A DNA stretch of 64,000 nucleotides from a virus (IMGVR_UViG_3300046171_000271), one strand, 5' to 3'. Numbered from the stretch's first letter, positions 17,718 to 28,063 are shown. Notes: generated from the letters alone by a model not told the origin. Program-made: numbers and translations.

Positions 17718-19860
17718 ATGTCTGAAATTCATTTGAGTGATCTCTCGAAAATCTATAAAGAACAGATTGCTGAGAAAAAAGACGATTCATATCTTGAACC
17801 TGATATGAAGAAACGTCAGAAAGAATAATGAGAAGGCACGTAAAGATATGGAGAAGATGGGGACTTCTATGAAGAATCCACACTTTGAAGCACTTGATCC
17901 TGTAGGACAGGAAGATGGTGATATTGACAATGATGGAGATAAGGATAAGTCAGATAAGTATCTGTTAAACCGTCGTAAGAAGATTGGTAGGGCAATCGCT
18001 GCAAATGAAGGGGTTGAAATCACAGAAGAAATGGTAGCAAGCAATGCTGCACATTACTTCTATGAGGAGGGTATCAACGAAAAGGGTGTAGAAATATTCA
18101 TTGAAGAACTTGGACTTGAAGAGTTTGTATCTTTTGTAGAAGATCTGTCTGCTGACTTGCTTATTGAAGAGAGAGCAGCAAGAAGAGCACGTAAGGGTGC
18201 AAAATCATATGCTCAAGTAAAAGCAGAGATTGATGCTAAAGAGGCAGCAAAGAAAAAAGCATCTCCCGCAAAAGTTCAGTCTGCTACAGTAACTGCCAAG
18301 AGTCAACAACCTAAGAAGAGGGGTGCATTAGACAGCATTGCAAGAACGGTTCTTAAGGGAATGGATCGTCATAAAGCGGCAATGGCAAGAGCAAAGAGTG
18401 ACATTCAAACCACTAAGAAGATTGCTTCAAAGGTTAGTAAAGGCGCAAGAGAATTTGGTAAAGGATTTGCTTCTGGTGTAAAAACTGCAGGTAAAACTGC
18501 AAAGCTTGCTAAGAAAGCAATGGAAGAATACTCTGATTGGAGATCGGATCTTCAAGAGCAGGGACTTATTGAAGTGATAGATGATGCTGAACAAAATAAA
18601 CCCATCAAAGAGAAGAAGGTAAACAATAAGGTTAAGATTAACCCTAAACTTGGTGAAGCAATTGAAAAGATGGGTGGAACTTTAATCGAAGAGATTGAAG
18701 TTGATGAGATGGATTATGTTGTTGAAAGTGTTTATGACGAATTGATTGAGGAAGGTTTCTCAGAAGATGATGTAGAGGAAGCAATTGAGTATGCACTGAC
18801 CGAAGCAAAGGTAACTTATGGTCATGACACTGAGACTCCAAGACAAAAGATGATGAAGCAAGCTAAGGGTCGTTTGAGATTCCTTGGTAGAAAAGCAGGA
18901 GAGAAAGTTCAGCAAGCAAAGCAACAAGTTGGCAAATCCACTAATAAACTTAGAGGAAAGGTTGCTGGTGCTGCTGTTGCTGCTACTATGGCGGGTGGTA
19001 TTGCTAAGGATCAGGCAAGAAGAACTGGTAGAGCAGTTAAGCAGGCAGTAACAAGTGCTCCCGGAAAAGCAAAGAAAAGTATCAAAGACAGAATCAAGCA
19101 AGGAGCACTCGCTGTTGCAAAGCGCATGAGTGAAGAAAATATAGAAGAATTATATAAGGGTAAGCACGGACAGTCTGAGAAAGAGTATGCTGATTCCCGC
19201 TCTCAAGGTGGTAAGATGGTGTCAGGTAACTCTAAGATGAGTGGTGCTGAATACACTCATGGACGTAGAGTCAAAGCAGCAAATCCTGGTATGCAACCTG
19301 ATGTCGGCGGTAAAACCAAACCTAAGTCTCAGGGTAAGATGGATAAAGGCACCCGTGCTGATCTTGAATATCGTAAGGCCAAGATGAAAGAGACTGGTGT
19401 CACAGAACAAAATGAACTTGATGAAGCAAAGAAGAAACTTCCTTATGGGAAGATGTTCCGTAAGGCAGGTAATCTTGGACGCGATGGAAGTCCTGAAGCA
19501 ATGAAGCGTTCTAAAAAAATCACTGGTGTGATGAATAAGAATGCTGAGAGAGTTGCTGCTCATCGTGAGAGAGATGATGCTGCTAAGAATGCTAAAGATG
19601 CAAGAAGGGCTGCTGAAAAGGCCAGACAGGCAAAGGCAAAGATGAAAGAGGAGTTATCTATTGCAGATCAAATGAGAATCTCCCGTGATGCGGCAAAGGA
19701 TCGTAAACCTTTTGATCCAGAGGCAAGACAAAAGCAACGTGCTGCTCAAATTAAAGATATTGTCAAACACTCTAAGACAAATAAAACAGATGCTGAGCGA
19801 ATGGCAGATGCATATGCATCTCCCCGTAAAGGCCCAGGTGGTGCTACCAGAGCGGACTGA
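17718..19860 (+). CDS. Large Lys/Ala/Glu-rich modular protein (probably virion-associated), with a +1 frameshift near 17824
   Basis: MSEIHLSDLSKIYKEQI...KKRQK joins NNEKARKDMEKMG (frame of the 17848 ORF) if one base is removed. Confidence 0.7.
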
Positions 19861-20252
19861 TGCCTGCAGTATCTAAAGCACAGCAGAAGTTTTTTGGAAT
19901 AGTTCGTGCCATCCAAAAGGGCGAGATGGCACCCACTACTCCTGAGACTGCAAAAGCAGCTGCTGAGATGAAGAAAAAAGATGTAAAAGATTTTGCATCA
20001 ACAAAGCACAAGAACCTCCCCGATAAAATGGATGTAAACGAAATCTACAGTAGTTCTGACGCCGGGAGAGCGGAAAGAATTAAAAGATATGATGCTGAGA
20101 AAAAGAAATTTGCCAAAGATGATAAGCGTAAAAAGTTTGGTAAGTTCATTCAGGATGTTGAGAAAGTTAGATCCAAATCATCAGGAATGCGTGGATACCA
20201 TAAGGGAAAGATGGGAACTTTTAACAAAGGAGTTTTCACTCCCGATAAATGA
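19860..20252 (+). CDS. Basic hypothetical protein with DUF3008-like N-terminus
   Basis: MPAVSKAQQKFFG start motif. Confidence 0.65.
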   Translation: MPAVSKAQQKFFGIVRAIQKGEMAPTTPETAKAAAEMKKKDVKDFASTKHKNLPDKMDVNEIYSSSDAGRAERIKRYDAEKKKFAKDDKRKKFGKFIQDVEKVRSKSSGMRGYHKGKMGTFNKGVFTPDK

Positions 20253-20279
20253 TATATAGAATGTAGAATAGAGGTTATC

Positions 20280-20480
20280 ATGTTTGCATTTTTACTTCCA
20301 ATAGCTTCAAAAATTATTTCAGATGCAGTCGCCAAAATTCCGGAAAATGAAGAACTCGGTGAGAAGTTGGTTGAGATCTGTCTTGTTATCCTTGCTAAAG
20401 CGGTTAAGTTAACTAAGACTGATATGGATGACAAACTTCTCGAAGTTGTTACCGAAGCAATTAAAACGAGAGAAGAGTGA
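20280..20480 (+). CDS. Small hypothetical protein
   Basis: 66 aa with motif VKLTKTDMDDKLL. Confidence 0.7.
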   Translation: MFAFLLPIASKIISDAVAKIPENEELGEKLVEICLVILAKAVKLTKTDMDDKLLEVVTEAIKTREE

Positions 20481-20483
20481 ATT

Positions 20484-20491
20484 TATAAATA
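20484..20491 (+). promoter_or_regulatory. T4-type late promoter
   Basis: TATAAATA. Confidence 0.75.
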
Positions 20492-20523
20492 TCTTATAGC
20501 AATTAAACTATCGGACGTAAGAC

Positions 20524-21054
20524 ATGGCACTCTGGGGCAATAACGATAATATTACTGCAACCGGAATTGTTACCGTTAACTACTCTACTAGAGAAGTGAC
20601 TGGTTTCAATGCAGGATTTGGTGAAAGTGGTAAGATTCAAGAAGGTGATGTGATTCGTTTTGGATCAATTGAAAAACCTGGCACATACTTTGGTGATGCT
20701 GTTGTTGTAAGTATTGCCAATACATCACAACTGACAATCGCATCCACTTCAGGACTCAGCGGTGCCGCTATTGCGGGCACTTCTTATCTTGCTTCTCAAC
20801 TTCCTAAGTTCGCTGTTGACGGACATTACAGTGAGAGAAACACTGCATACTCCGCTATTAATTATGGAGTTGCTGCTGAAGGATCTGCTGATGCATCAGG
20901 AACCGTTTATGAAACTGGTGTAGGCTGGGTTGGTGTTACCACTTATACAGATAATGCTGGTAACTTGAGAGTCAAGAAAGAGATTCTTTGCGCCATGTCT
21001 GGTATTTCTACTGGTAACGCTCCTAGTTATCCAAACATTGAGAACGCTGTTTGA
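20524..21054 (+). CDS. Probable virion structural protein
   Basis: MALWG N-terminus and GWVGVTTY...RVKKEILCAM C-terminus, typical of cyanomyovirus late proteins; follows a late promoter. Confidence 0.7.
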   Translation: MALWGNNDNITATGIVTVNYSTREVTGFNAGFGESGKIQEGDVIRFGSIEKPGTYFGDAVVVSIANTSQLTIASTSGLSGAAIAGTSYLASQLPKFAVDGHYSERNTAYSAINYGVAAEGSADASGTVYETGVGWVGVTTYTDNAGNLRVKKEILCAMSGISTGNAPSYPNIENAV

Positions 21055-21063
21055 TATTGAAGG

Positions 21064-21450
21064 ATGTTATTTCATGAGTTGAATTCGGAGAACTTTCTCC
21101 TCTTTGCCATTAAAAATTACGAAAATCCCCAGGCGGTTACTAGAGAAGACTTTGATAAAGATTTAAATCATTTCAAATACATAAAAAGGTTGCTTAAAAG
21201 ATATAAGTCAACCGGTGAATTAAAAATTCATCTTCTTTTAAATCATTTTATTGTTTTGTATAATATATTTGGTGAAGCAACAACACCAATGTTATTTTTT
21301 AAAATAGATGAGCAGGATCTCAGAAGTTGTTTAAAAACATTTGTAGTTTTTTTAGGAAAGTTACCTGAGTTTCCTCATACATATATTCATGATTTAGAAA
21401 TGGACGAAAATTGTTTAAGAGAACTTATTTCTTTTTACAATGAGCAGTAA
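21064..21450 (+). CDS. Conserved T4-like hypothetical protein (upstream of primase)
   Basis: FLLFAIKNYENP, YIKRLLKRY, HLLLNH motifs. Confidence 0.8.
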   Translation: MLFHELNSENFLLFAIKNYENPQAVTREDFDKDLNHFKYIKRLLKRYKSTGELKIHLLLNHFIVLYNIFGEATTPMLFFKIDEQDLRSCLKTFVVFLGKLPEFPHTYIHDLEMDENCLRELISFYNEQ

Positions 21451-21658
21451 ATCAGTAGAAAAGTTTTTACATCTTTTTAGAGAAATGATGGGTGCAGGAG
21501 CTGTTGGTGCTCCCACTAATAATGTTGGTGACGGTAAGATCGCTGGTATTGCACCCGGAGAAGATCCTCCAATTCATCTTAAAAGGAAAAGAAAACCAAC
21601 ACCCATAGGTAGATACGGCACACGTAGAACTTGGCGTCAAAATGGCGGAACAAATTAA
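21440..21658 (+). CDS. Hypothetical protein
   Basis: 72 aa with PTNNVGDGKIAG motif. Confidence 0.7.
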   Translation: MSSKSVEKFLHLFREMMGAGAVGAPTNNVGDGKIAGIAPGEDPPIHLKRKRKPTPIGRYGTRRTWRQNGGTN

Positions 21659-22043
21659 GGTTGCAGTATTAGAAGAAAAACTTCAAAACTTTGAGTCACT
21701 TGTTACAAAGTTAGACTCTGCGATTGAAAAAATTGCAGAGGTAAATAATAATGTGTCTAGGATGCTTGCCGTCCATGAAGAAAGAATATCAAAGCAAGAG
21801 AAAATCGATACAGTACTCTTTGATAAAATCGACAAACTCCGTGATAAAATGGACAGCGATCATGACGGTGTTGTTACAAGATTATCTGTACTCGAAAGAA
21901 AACTTTGGATCGCTGTCGGAGCATTGGGATTGACAGTAGCTATTACTAATCCTCAAGCAATAAAAATTATTAAACCCTTGTTATCTTCCGCTGAAAGTGC
22001 TATAGTGGCACCAGCAATTGCCTTTGTGAATGGATCACATTGA
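21642..22043 (+). CDS. Coiled-coil protein with C-terminal membrane anchor
   Basis: Heptad-rich body followed by KLWIAVGALGLTVAI. Confidence 0.75.
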   Translation: MAEQIKVAVLEEKLQNFESLVTKLDSAIEKIAEVNNNVSRMLAVHEERISKQEKIDTVLFDKIDKLRDKMDSDHDGVVTRLSVLERKLWIAVGALGLTVAITNPQAIKIIKPLLSSAESAIVAPAIAFVNGSH

Positions 22044-23001
22044 TTCTAAGTACATTGGGATTATTTCCCCACGCTTAGGAAAATTCAAAAGAGTTAAATC
22101 AAATCTATACAACTTTCGTTGTCCGATTTGTGGTGACTCAAAAAAGAATAAGAACAAGACTAGAGGATATATTTACTCTGTAAAAACAAATACAAACTTT
22201 AAGTGTCACAACTGTGGTGCTTCAATGTCTTTTAGTAACTTTTTGAAGCATATAGATGCTCCGACTCATAAACAATATTCATTAGAGAAGTTTAAAGGAG
22301 GACATTCTGGAGGTAGGAATTTTGTTGTTGAGGAACCTAAGTTTAAGTTTGAAGCACCTAAATTTAAAAAGAGTTTGAGTATTCCTAAAGCTTTTGAGAA
22401 TCCCAAATCCAATGGATATCTGACTGCAAGGAAACTGGATACATCAAAGTTTTATTATGCTAGTAAGTTCAAGAAGTTCGTCAATACAATCAAACCAACC
22501 TTTGATGATACTCGCTATGATGAAGAAAGAATTATAATTCCTATCTACTATGAAAAGAATCTTATTGGACTTCAGGGAAGATCTATAGATCCTAATCCTG
22601 TTAAATATATCACTGTGATGTTTGATGACAATGCGCCAAAAATTTATGGACTTGATGATGTTAAAAAATCTGAAGCAGTTTACGTTACTGAAGGCCCGTT
22701 TGACTCAACTTTCCTTCGTAACGCGATTGCAATGTGTGGCGCTGATGGTGATGTTGGTAAGTGGGGGATCAGCAATCCTGTTTGGATCTATGATAACGAA
22801 CCACGTAATCGAGAAATCGTCAATCGAATCAGTCGCACAATAGATAGAGGAGATTCGGTAGTTATATTTCCCTCATCTATAGATGATAAAGATATTAATG
22901 ACATGGTAATTTCTGGACATGATGTTCAAAAGATTGTAGAATGTAACACGTATAGTGGTTTAGAAGCAAAACTTAAATTTAACACCTGGAAGAAAGTATG
23001 A
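22030..23001 (+). CDS. gp61: DNA primase (T4 gp61-like)
   Basis: Zn finger CPICGDS...CHNC; TOPRIM motifs YVTEGPFDS and DNEPRN, KDINDM. Confidence 0.96.
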   Translation: MDHIDSKYIGIISPRLGKFKRVKSNLYNFRCPICGDSKKNKNKTRGYIYSVKTNTNFKCHNCGASMSFSNFLKHIDAPTHKQYSLEKFKGGHSGGRNFVVEEPKFKFEAPKFKKSLSIPKAFENPKSNGYLTARKLDTSKFYYASKFKKFVNTIKPTFDDTRYDEERIIIPIYYEKNLIGLQGRSIDPNPVKYITVMFDDNAPKIYGLDDVKKSEAVYVTEGPFDSTFLRNAIAMCGADGDVGKWGISNPVWIYDNEPRNREIVNRISRTIDRGDSVVIFPSSIDDKDINDMVISGHDVQKIVECNTYSGLEAKLKFNTWKKV

Positions 23002-25295
23002 GCAACGGTATTAAAGTTAATAAAAGAGACGGTAGAATTGAGTCTCTTGATTTGGATAAAATGCATCTGATGGTTGATGAAGCAACCAAAGGACTTGCAG
23101 GTGTTTCAGCTAGTCAAGTTGAGATGAAATCGGGTATCCAGTTTTATGATGGTATTACTACAGCTGAAATTCAAGAAATCTTGATCAAAGCAGCAAGTGA
23201 TTTGATTGATCTGGAGCATCCTAACTACCAATTCGTCGCTGCTAGACTGCTTCTGTTTTCACTTAGGAAGCAACTGTATGGAAAGATGCGTGAACTTCCT
23301 GATTTAGAAACTCATATCATGAGTTGCACAAATATTGAGGTGTATGACAAGGAGATTTTCCTTAAATACTCTAAGGAGGAGATTGCGAAAGCAAATTCCT
23401 ATATCGATCATCATCGTGACTTTCTCTTCACTTATGCTGGGTTGCGTCAAGTAGCAGATAAGTATCTGGTTCAAGATCGCAGCACTGGCGGAGTATATGA
23501 GACTCCTCAGTTCATGTATATTATGATTGCTCTGACTATTTTTGCAGAGTATCCCAAAGAAACCAGGATGACTTATGTCAAACGATACTACGACGCAATC
23601 AGCAAGCACAAAATCAACATTCCCACACCTATCATGGCGGGAGTGCGAACTCCACTTCGACAATTTGCTAGCTGTGTTCTTGTTGATGTTGATGACACCC
23701 TCGATAGCATCTTTACTTCTGATATGGCTATCGGCAGATATGTTGCACAAAGGGCGGGCATCGGTATTAACGCAGGCAGAATCCGTGGTATCAACAGTAA
23801 AATCAGAGGCGGAGAAGTTCAACACACAGGTGTTGTACCATTCCTCAAAAAATTTGAGAGCACTGTCCGATGCTGCACTCAAAATGGCATTCGAGGCGGA
23901 AGCGCGACTGTCCACTTCCCAATCTGGCACCAAGAGATCGAAGACATAATTGTCCTTAAGAACAACAAAGGTACAGAGGACAATCGCGTAAGGAAACTTG
24001 ACTACTCCATCCAGATTTCAAAACTTTTCTATGAGCGTTTCATCCAGGATGGAGAAATTAGCTTATTCTCACCGCATAACGTACCAGGTTTGTATGATGC
24101 TTTTGGTACTGATACATTTGACGATCTCTATGTGGGTTATGAATCAGATGAGTCTGTTCCAAGAAAAGTTATCGGTGCTCAAAAACTGATTCTTGATCTG
24201 CTGAAAGAACGTGCAGAGACTGGACGTGTTTATATAATGAACATTGATCACTGTAACTCTCACTCATCTTTTAAAGATAAGGTTGAGATGTCCAATTTGT
24301 GCCAAGAAATTACTCTCCCAACATATCCTCTGAATCATATTGATGATGAGTATGGTGAGATTGCACTTTGTATTCTTTCCGCTATCAATGTTGGCAAAGT
24401 TAAGTCTGATGAAGAACTCGAAAACCTTTGTGATCTTTCAGTACGCGGACTAGAAGAACTCATTGACTATCAGAAGTATCCTGTAAGGGCAGCAGAAATC
24501 GCTACAAGGGCGCGTAGATCGCTTGGTATTGGTTTTATTGGTTTGGCACATTATTTGGCAAAACTTGGATACAAGTATGGTGATCAAGAAGCATGGGATG
24601 CAGTTCATGGACTTGCTGAGTCCTTCCAGTATTACCTTCTGAAGGCGTCTAACCAACTTGCCAAGGAAAAGGGACACTGTGAATATTTTGGGCGCACCAA
24701 GTATGCAGATGGTATCCTTCCTATTGACACTTACAAGAAAGATGTTGATGAAATCTCTAGTCAAGAATTAGCACATGATTGGGAAACTCTTAGAGAATCT
24801 ATCTCCACCTACGGTTTACGGCACTCAACACTGTCTGCTCAAATGCCATCAGAGAGCAGTTCCGTTGTGTCAAACGCAACAAATGGAATCGAGCCACCTA
24901 GAGACTATTTGTCCGTTAAGAAAAGCAAGAAAGGCCCACTTAAGCAGATTGTCCCGTCTTACGCGACTCTTAAGAACAATTATACGCTTTTGTGGGATAT
25001 GCCTAACAATAGGGGTTATATTAATGTTGTTGCTGTGATGCAAAAGTTCTTTGATCAAGCAATTTCTGGTAACTGGAGTTACAATCCTGAAAATTATCCT
25101 GATAATGAAGTACCAGTGTCCGTCATGGCACAAGACTTTTTAACTACATATAAGTACGGTTGGAAAACCTCTTACTACCAGAATACAAATGATCTAAAGT
25201 CTGATGAAGTAGAGGGCGACAAAGAAAAACTGAATAGTATATTAGAAGAATTAGAACAAGTCGAGGAGGGAGAGTGTGAATCCTGTGCAGTTTAA
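22998..25295 (+). CDS. nrdA: Class Ia ribonucleotide reductase alpha subunit
   Basis: ATP cone VNKRDG, PTPIMAG, SNLCQEI, QMPSESSS. Confidence 0.98.
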   Translation: MSNGIKVNKRDGRIESLDLDKMHLMVDEATKGLAGVSASQVEMKSGIQFYDGITTAEIQEILIKAASDLIDLEHPNYQFVAARLLLFSLRKQLYGKMRELPDLETHIMSCTNIEVYDKEIFLKYSKEEIAKANSYIDHHRDFLFTYAGLRQVADKYLVQDRSTGGVYETPQFMYIMIALTIFAEYPKETRMTYVKRYYDAISKHKINIPTPIMAGVRTPLRQFASCVLVDVDDTLDSIFTSDMAIGRYVAQRAGIGINAGRIRGINSKIRGGEVQHTGVVPFLKKFESTVRCCTQNGIRGGSATVHFPIWHQEIEDIIVLKNNKGTEDNRVRKLDYSIQISKLFYERFIQDGEISLFSPHNVPGLYDAFGTDTFDDLYVGYESDESVPRKVIGAQKLILDLLKERAETGRVYIMNIDHCNSHSSFKDKVEMSNLCQEITLPTYPLNHIDDEYGEIALCILSAINVGKVKSDEELENLCDLSVRGLEELIDYQKYPVRAAEIATRARRSLGIGFIGLAHYLAKLGYKYGDQEAWDAVHGLAESFQYYLLKASNQLAKEKGHCEYFGRTKYADGILPIDTYKKDVDEISSQELAHDWETLRESISTYGLRHSTLSAQMPSESSSVVSNATNGIEPPRDYLSVKKSKKGPLKQIVPSYATLKNNYTLLWDMPNNRGYINVVAVMQKFFDQAISGNWSYNPENYPDNEVPVSVMAQDFLTTYKYGWKTSYYQNTNDLKSDEVEGDKEKLNSILEELEQVEEGECESCAV

Positions 25296-26466
25296 GATGT
25301 CATCCGTAGAGGAACCTAAAACTAAAATTGAAGGCATGACAGTCTTCAATACCGAACAAGTTAATACTAAAAAGCAACCTATGTTTTTTGGAAAACCTCT
25401 GGGAGTCCAGAGGTATGACTCTTATAAATATCCAGTTTTTGATAGACTGACTACTCAACAACTTGGATACTTTTGGCGTCCCGAAGAAGTATCTTTGCAG
25501 AAGGATCGTGGAGATTATCAAATTCTTCGTCCAGAACAAAAGCATATCTATACTTCTAATCTGAAGTATCAGATCATGCTTGATTCTATTCAGGGTAGAG
25601 GCCCTGGAATGGCATTCATTCCTTATTGTTCTCTTCCTGAATTAGAAGCATGTATGGAAGTCTGGGGGTTCATGGAAATGATCCACAGTCGTTCCTACAC
25701 CTACATCATCAAGAACGTCTATTCAGATCCTTCCGAGGTATTTGATAAGATCGTCACTGATGAACGCATTCTAGAACGTGCTGCGAGTGTTACAGGAGCA
25801 TATGATGACTTCATCAATAGTGCTCAGACTTGGGGCAATGGCAATATGTGGCAAGATGACTTTAGAGATTCACCTTCATCCATATGGGAAATTAAAGATG
25901 TCAAAAGAAAACTCTACAGAGCAGTTGCAAACGTCAACATTCTAGAGGGCATTCGATTCTATGTTAGTTTCGCTTGCAGCTTTGCATTTGGCGAACTTAA
26001 ACTTATGGAAGGATCCGCTAAGATTATCTCGCTTATCGCCAGAGATGAGAACCAGCACCTTGCAATCACTCAAAATATCCTCAACAAGTGGAGAGCAGGT
26101 GATGATCCAGAAATGAAGCAGATAATGAAGGAAGAGGAGGAATGGACATATAAGATGTTTGATCGTGCTGTCAATGAAGAAAAGCGTTGGGCAGACTATC
26201 TCTTCAAAGATGGTTCAATGATTGGACTAAATGATAAACTTCTGCAGCAGTATGTTGAATGGATTGCCAATCGTCGTCTCAAATCGATCGGACTGTCACC
26301 TCAGTATGACATTCCTGCATCTGCTAATCCTCTTCCCTGGACTCAGCATTGGATTTCCTCTAAAGGCCTTCAAGTAGCACCGCAGGAAACTGAAGTAGAG
26401 TCTTACGTCGTTGGTGGTATCAAGCAAGATGTGAAAAAGGACACATTCAGTGGTTTTCAACTCTGA
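25276..26466 (+). CDS. nrdB: Class Ia ribonucleotide reductase beta subunit
   Basis: FWRPEEV, EMIHSRSY, LEGIRFY, RDENQH, PQETE. Confidence 0.98.
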   Translation: MNPVQFKMSSVEEPKTKIEGMTVFNTEQVNTKKQPMFFGKPLGVQRYDSYKYPVFDRLTTQQLGYFWRPEEVSLQKDRGDYQILRPEQKHIYTSNLKYQIMLDSIQGRGPGMAFIPYCSLPELEACMEVWGFMEMIHSRSYTYIIKNVYSDPSEVFDKIVTDERILERAASVTGAYDDFINSAQTWGNGNMWQDDFRDSPSSIWEIKDVKRKLYRAVANVNILEGIRFYVSFACSFAFGELKLMEGSAKIISLIARDENQHLAITQNILNKWRAGDDPEMKQIMKEEEEWTYKMFDRAVNEEKRWADYLFKDGSMIGLNDKLLQQYVEWIANRRLKSIGLSPQYDIPASANPLPWTQHWISSKGLQVAPQETEVESYVVGGIKQDVKKDTFSGFQL

Positions 26467-26469
26467 TTA

Positions 26470-26664
26470 ATGCTATACATAGGGAGAATGACACTCCCTA
26501 TGATGCCAAAAAATAAACTTGAGAAAGAAGAATTTAAGGTTCGTGTCTTAAAATTGAAAAATGAGGTAGAGGGAGAACCGTCTACTGTTTGGCAAGGAGA
26601 GAAAGATCTTGCTCATAAATATTTGAACAAGATCATTGATATCATTGATGAGTATCGATATTGA
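26470..26664 (+). CDS. Small hypothetical protein
   Basis: 64-aa ORF; start may be a downstream Met. Confidence 0.6.
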   Translation: MLYIGRMTLPMMPKNKLEKEEFKVRVLKLKNEVEGEPSTVWQGEKDLAHKYLNKIIDIIDEYRY

Positions 26665-27109
26665 TTATGAGAATCCCTGGTATTTTAAAGGAGAACCTTT
26701 TTTATCTGAGAATATTGACGATAACTTCGGTTTTGTCTACCTCATTACTAATCTATCAAATCATCGTCAATACATAGGTAGAAAATACTTCTGGCAGTTT
26801 AGAACTCCAAGAGGTAAAAAACGAAAAGTAAAATCTGAATCTGACTGGAAAAAATATTATGGTTCTTGTCCGGAACTTAAAGAAGATATTGACAAATTCG
26901 GTAAGCAAAATTTTAGCAGAACTATTATCAGTCTTCATAAAACGAAGGGCAAAACTAATTTTGAAGAAACCAGACAACTCTTTGTCAATGGAGTCCTCAC
27001 AGAATCTCTTGACAGCGGAGTCCCCAAGTTCTATAATAGCAACATCCTCAGCAGGTACTTTAGAAAAGACTACTATGGAAACGACGGACGTAGTAATGCA
27101 AGCTCGTAA
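26648..27109 (+). CDS. GIY-YIG nuclease-family protein
   Basis: GFVYLITN...YIGRK, YYGS, conserved Glu (NFEET) and FYNSNI motifs. Confidence 0.8.
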   Translation: MSIDIDYENPWYFKGEPFLSENIDDNFGFVYLITNLSNHRQYIGRKYFWQFRTPRGKKRKVKSESDWKKYYGSCPELKEDIDKFGKQNFSRTIISLHKTKGKTNFEETRQLFVNGVLTESLDSGVPKFYNSNILSRYFRKDYYGNDGRSNASS

Positions 27110-27281
27110 CTGGGCAATTACTCACATTGAAGAAATGGCACAAAATGAATCTGTTGATCAAATTTATGATAGACTTGCAATGATGGATGAATGGTACGAA
27201 TGGTTCGATCTTGACAAAATGGATGGAATGGATTATATTGTACTGGAAGACACAACTCGGGGTTCTGAGTCAGAGATTTGA
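27075..27281 (+). CDS. Small acidic hypothetical protein
   Basis: METTDVVMQARNWAI...; 3' part of track ORF 26859..27281. Confidence 0.55.
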   Translation: METTDVVMQARNWAITHIEEMAQNESVDQIYDRLAMMDEWYEWFDLDKMDGMDYIVLEDTTRGSESEI

Positions 27282-27293
27282 GTCTTCTCTTTT

Positions 27294-27367
27294 GTCTCAG
27301 TAGCTCAGTGGATTAGAGCAACTGCCTTCTAAGCAGTCGGCCGTAGGTTCGAGTCCTACCTGAGACG
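27294..27367 (+). tRNA. tRNA-Arg(UCU)
   Basis: Acceptor GTCTCAG/CTGAGAC, anticodon loop CTTCTAA, T-loop GTTCGAG. Confidence 0.95.
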
Positions 27368-27371
27368 CCTC

Positions 27372-27443
27372 GCGGAGTTAGTTCAGCGGTAGAACGCTAT
27401 CCTTCCAAGTTAGATGTCGTCGGTTCGATTCCGATACTCCGCT
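27372..27443 (+). tRNA. tRNA-Gly(UCC)
   Basis: GCGGAGT/ACTCCGC, loop CTTCCAA, GTTCGAT. Confidence 0.93.
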
Positions 27444-27459
27444 TTCCTTCTTTAGGAAC

Positions 27460-27627
27460 ATGAAACCAGTTGAAATTCTTCTACTTATATCAGAGTTAGA
27501 AGGTTCTTATCAACACACCAAGAAACTTGGTTTTGACGATGACAAAGATGTCCTCAGAAAAATGTGCGATAAGTATCATAAACTGTATTACAAACTAAAG
27601 AAGGAACAAAAAAACAATCCTCTATAG
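27460..27627 (+). CDS. Small hypothetical protein within the tRNA cluster
   Basis: AGGA SD; MKPVEILLLISELEGSY...NNPL*; the last 10 nt overlap tRNA-Asn. Confidence 0.55.
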   Translation: MKPVEILLLISELEGSYQHTKKLGFDDDKDVLRKMCDKYHKLYYKLKKEQKNNPL

Positions 27628-27689
27628 CTCAATGGTAGAGCTCTCGACTGTTAATCGAGCGGTTCTTGGTTCGAGTCCAAGTGGGGGAG
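27618..27689 (+). tRNA. tRNA-Asn(GUU)
   Basis: TCCTCTA/TGGGGGA, anticodon arm CTCGA-CTGTTAA-TCGAG. Confidence 0.93.
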
Positions 27690-27693
27690 CCTT

Positions 27694-27765
27694 GCTTGAT
27701 TAGCTCAGCGGTAGAGCATCTCGTTTACACCGAGGCGGCCGGCGGTTCGATCCCGTCATCAAGCA
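27694..27765 (+). tRNA. tRNA-Val(UAC)
   Basis: GCTTGAT/ATCAAGC, loop TTTACAC. Confidence 0.93.
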
Positions 27766-27789
27766 TTCCTATCAGGAGGATTATGAAAA

Positions 27790-28038
27790 ATGATTATTGT
27801 ACGTTGCAAAGAATGCAACACAGAAATTTGTAGTAATAATAAAACTCAAGTCTGTGGTTGCCCTAACATGATGACTGTGTTAGGTGATAAAGTTTCTGCT
27901 CAGGATCTTAGTAAAATCGTCATGATTAATTCTGATAAGAAAAAGACATCAAATAATGTCTTATCTAATCAAGATTTACAAGATCAAGAAAAGAGGAGAA
28001 AAAGAAAAGTACGTAAGTTGGACTTTGAAGTTCGTTGA
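27790..28038 (+). CDS. Small Cys-rich (Zn-binding) hypothetical protein
   Basis: CKEC...CGC motif; AGGAGG SD. Confidence 0.75.
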   Translation: MIIVRCKECNTEICSNNKTQVCGCPNMMTVLGDKVSAQDLSKIVMINSDKKKTSNNVLSNQDLQDQEKRRKRKVRKLDFEVR

Positions 28039-28063
28039 CAATGGTTCAGCTTTCCTCTATAAT
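28035..28063 (+). promoter_or_regulatory. Consensus sigma70 (early) promoter for tRNA-Ser/Pro
   Basis: TTGACA-N17-TATAAT exact consensus. Confidence 0.85.

Noticed and set aside
23304-23949. 209-aa minus and 124-aa plus alternative ORFs
   Set aside because: Shadows within nrdA caused by codon bias.
22998-26466. Introns or inteins in nrdA/nrdB (and in gp43, gp41)
   Set aside because: Lengths are typical and the ORFs are continuous, with no intein motifs seen.
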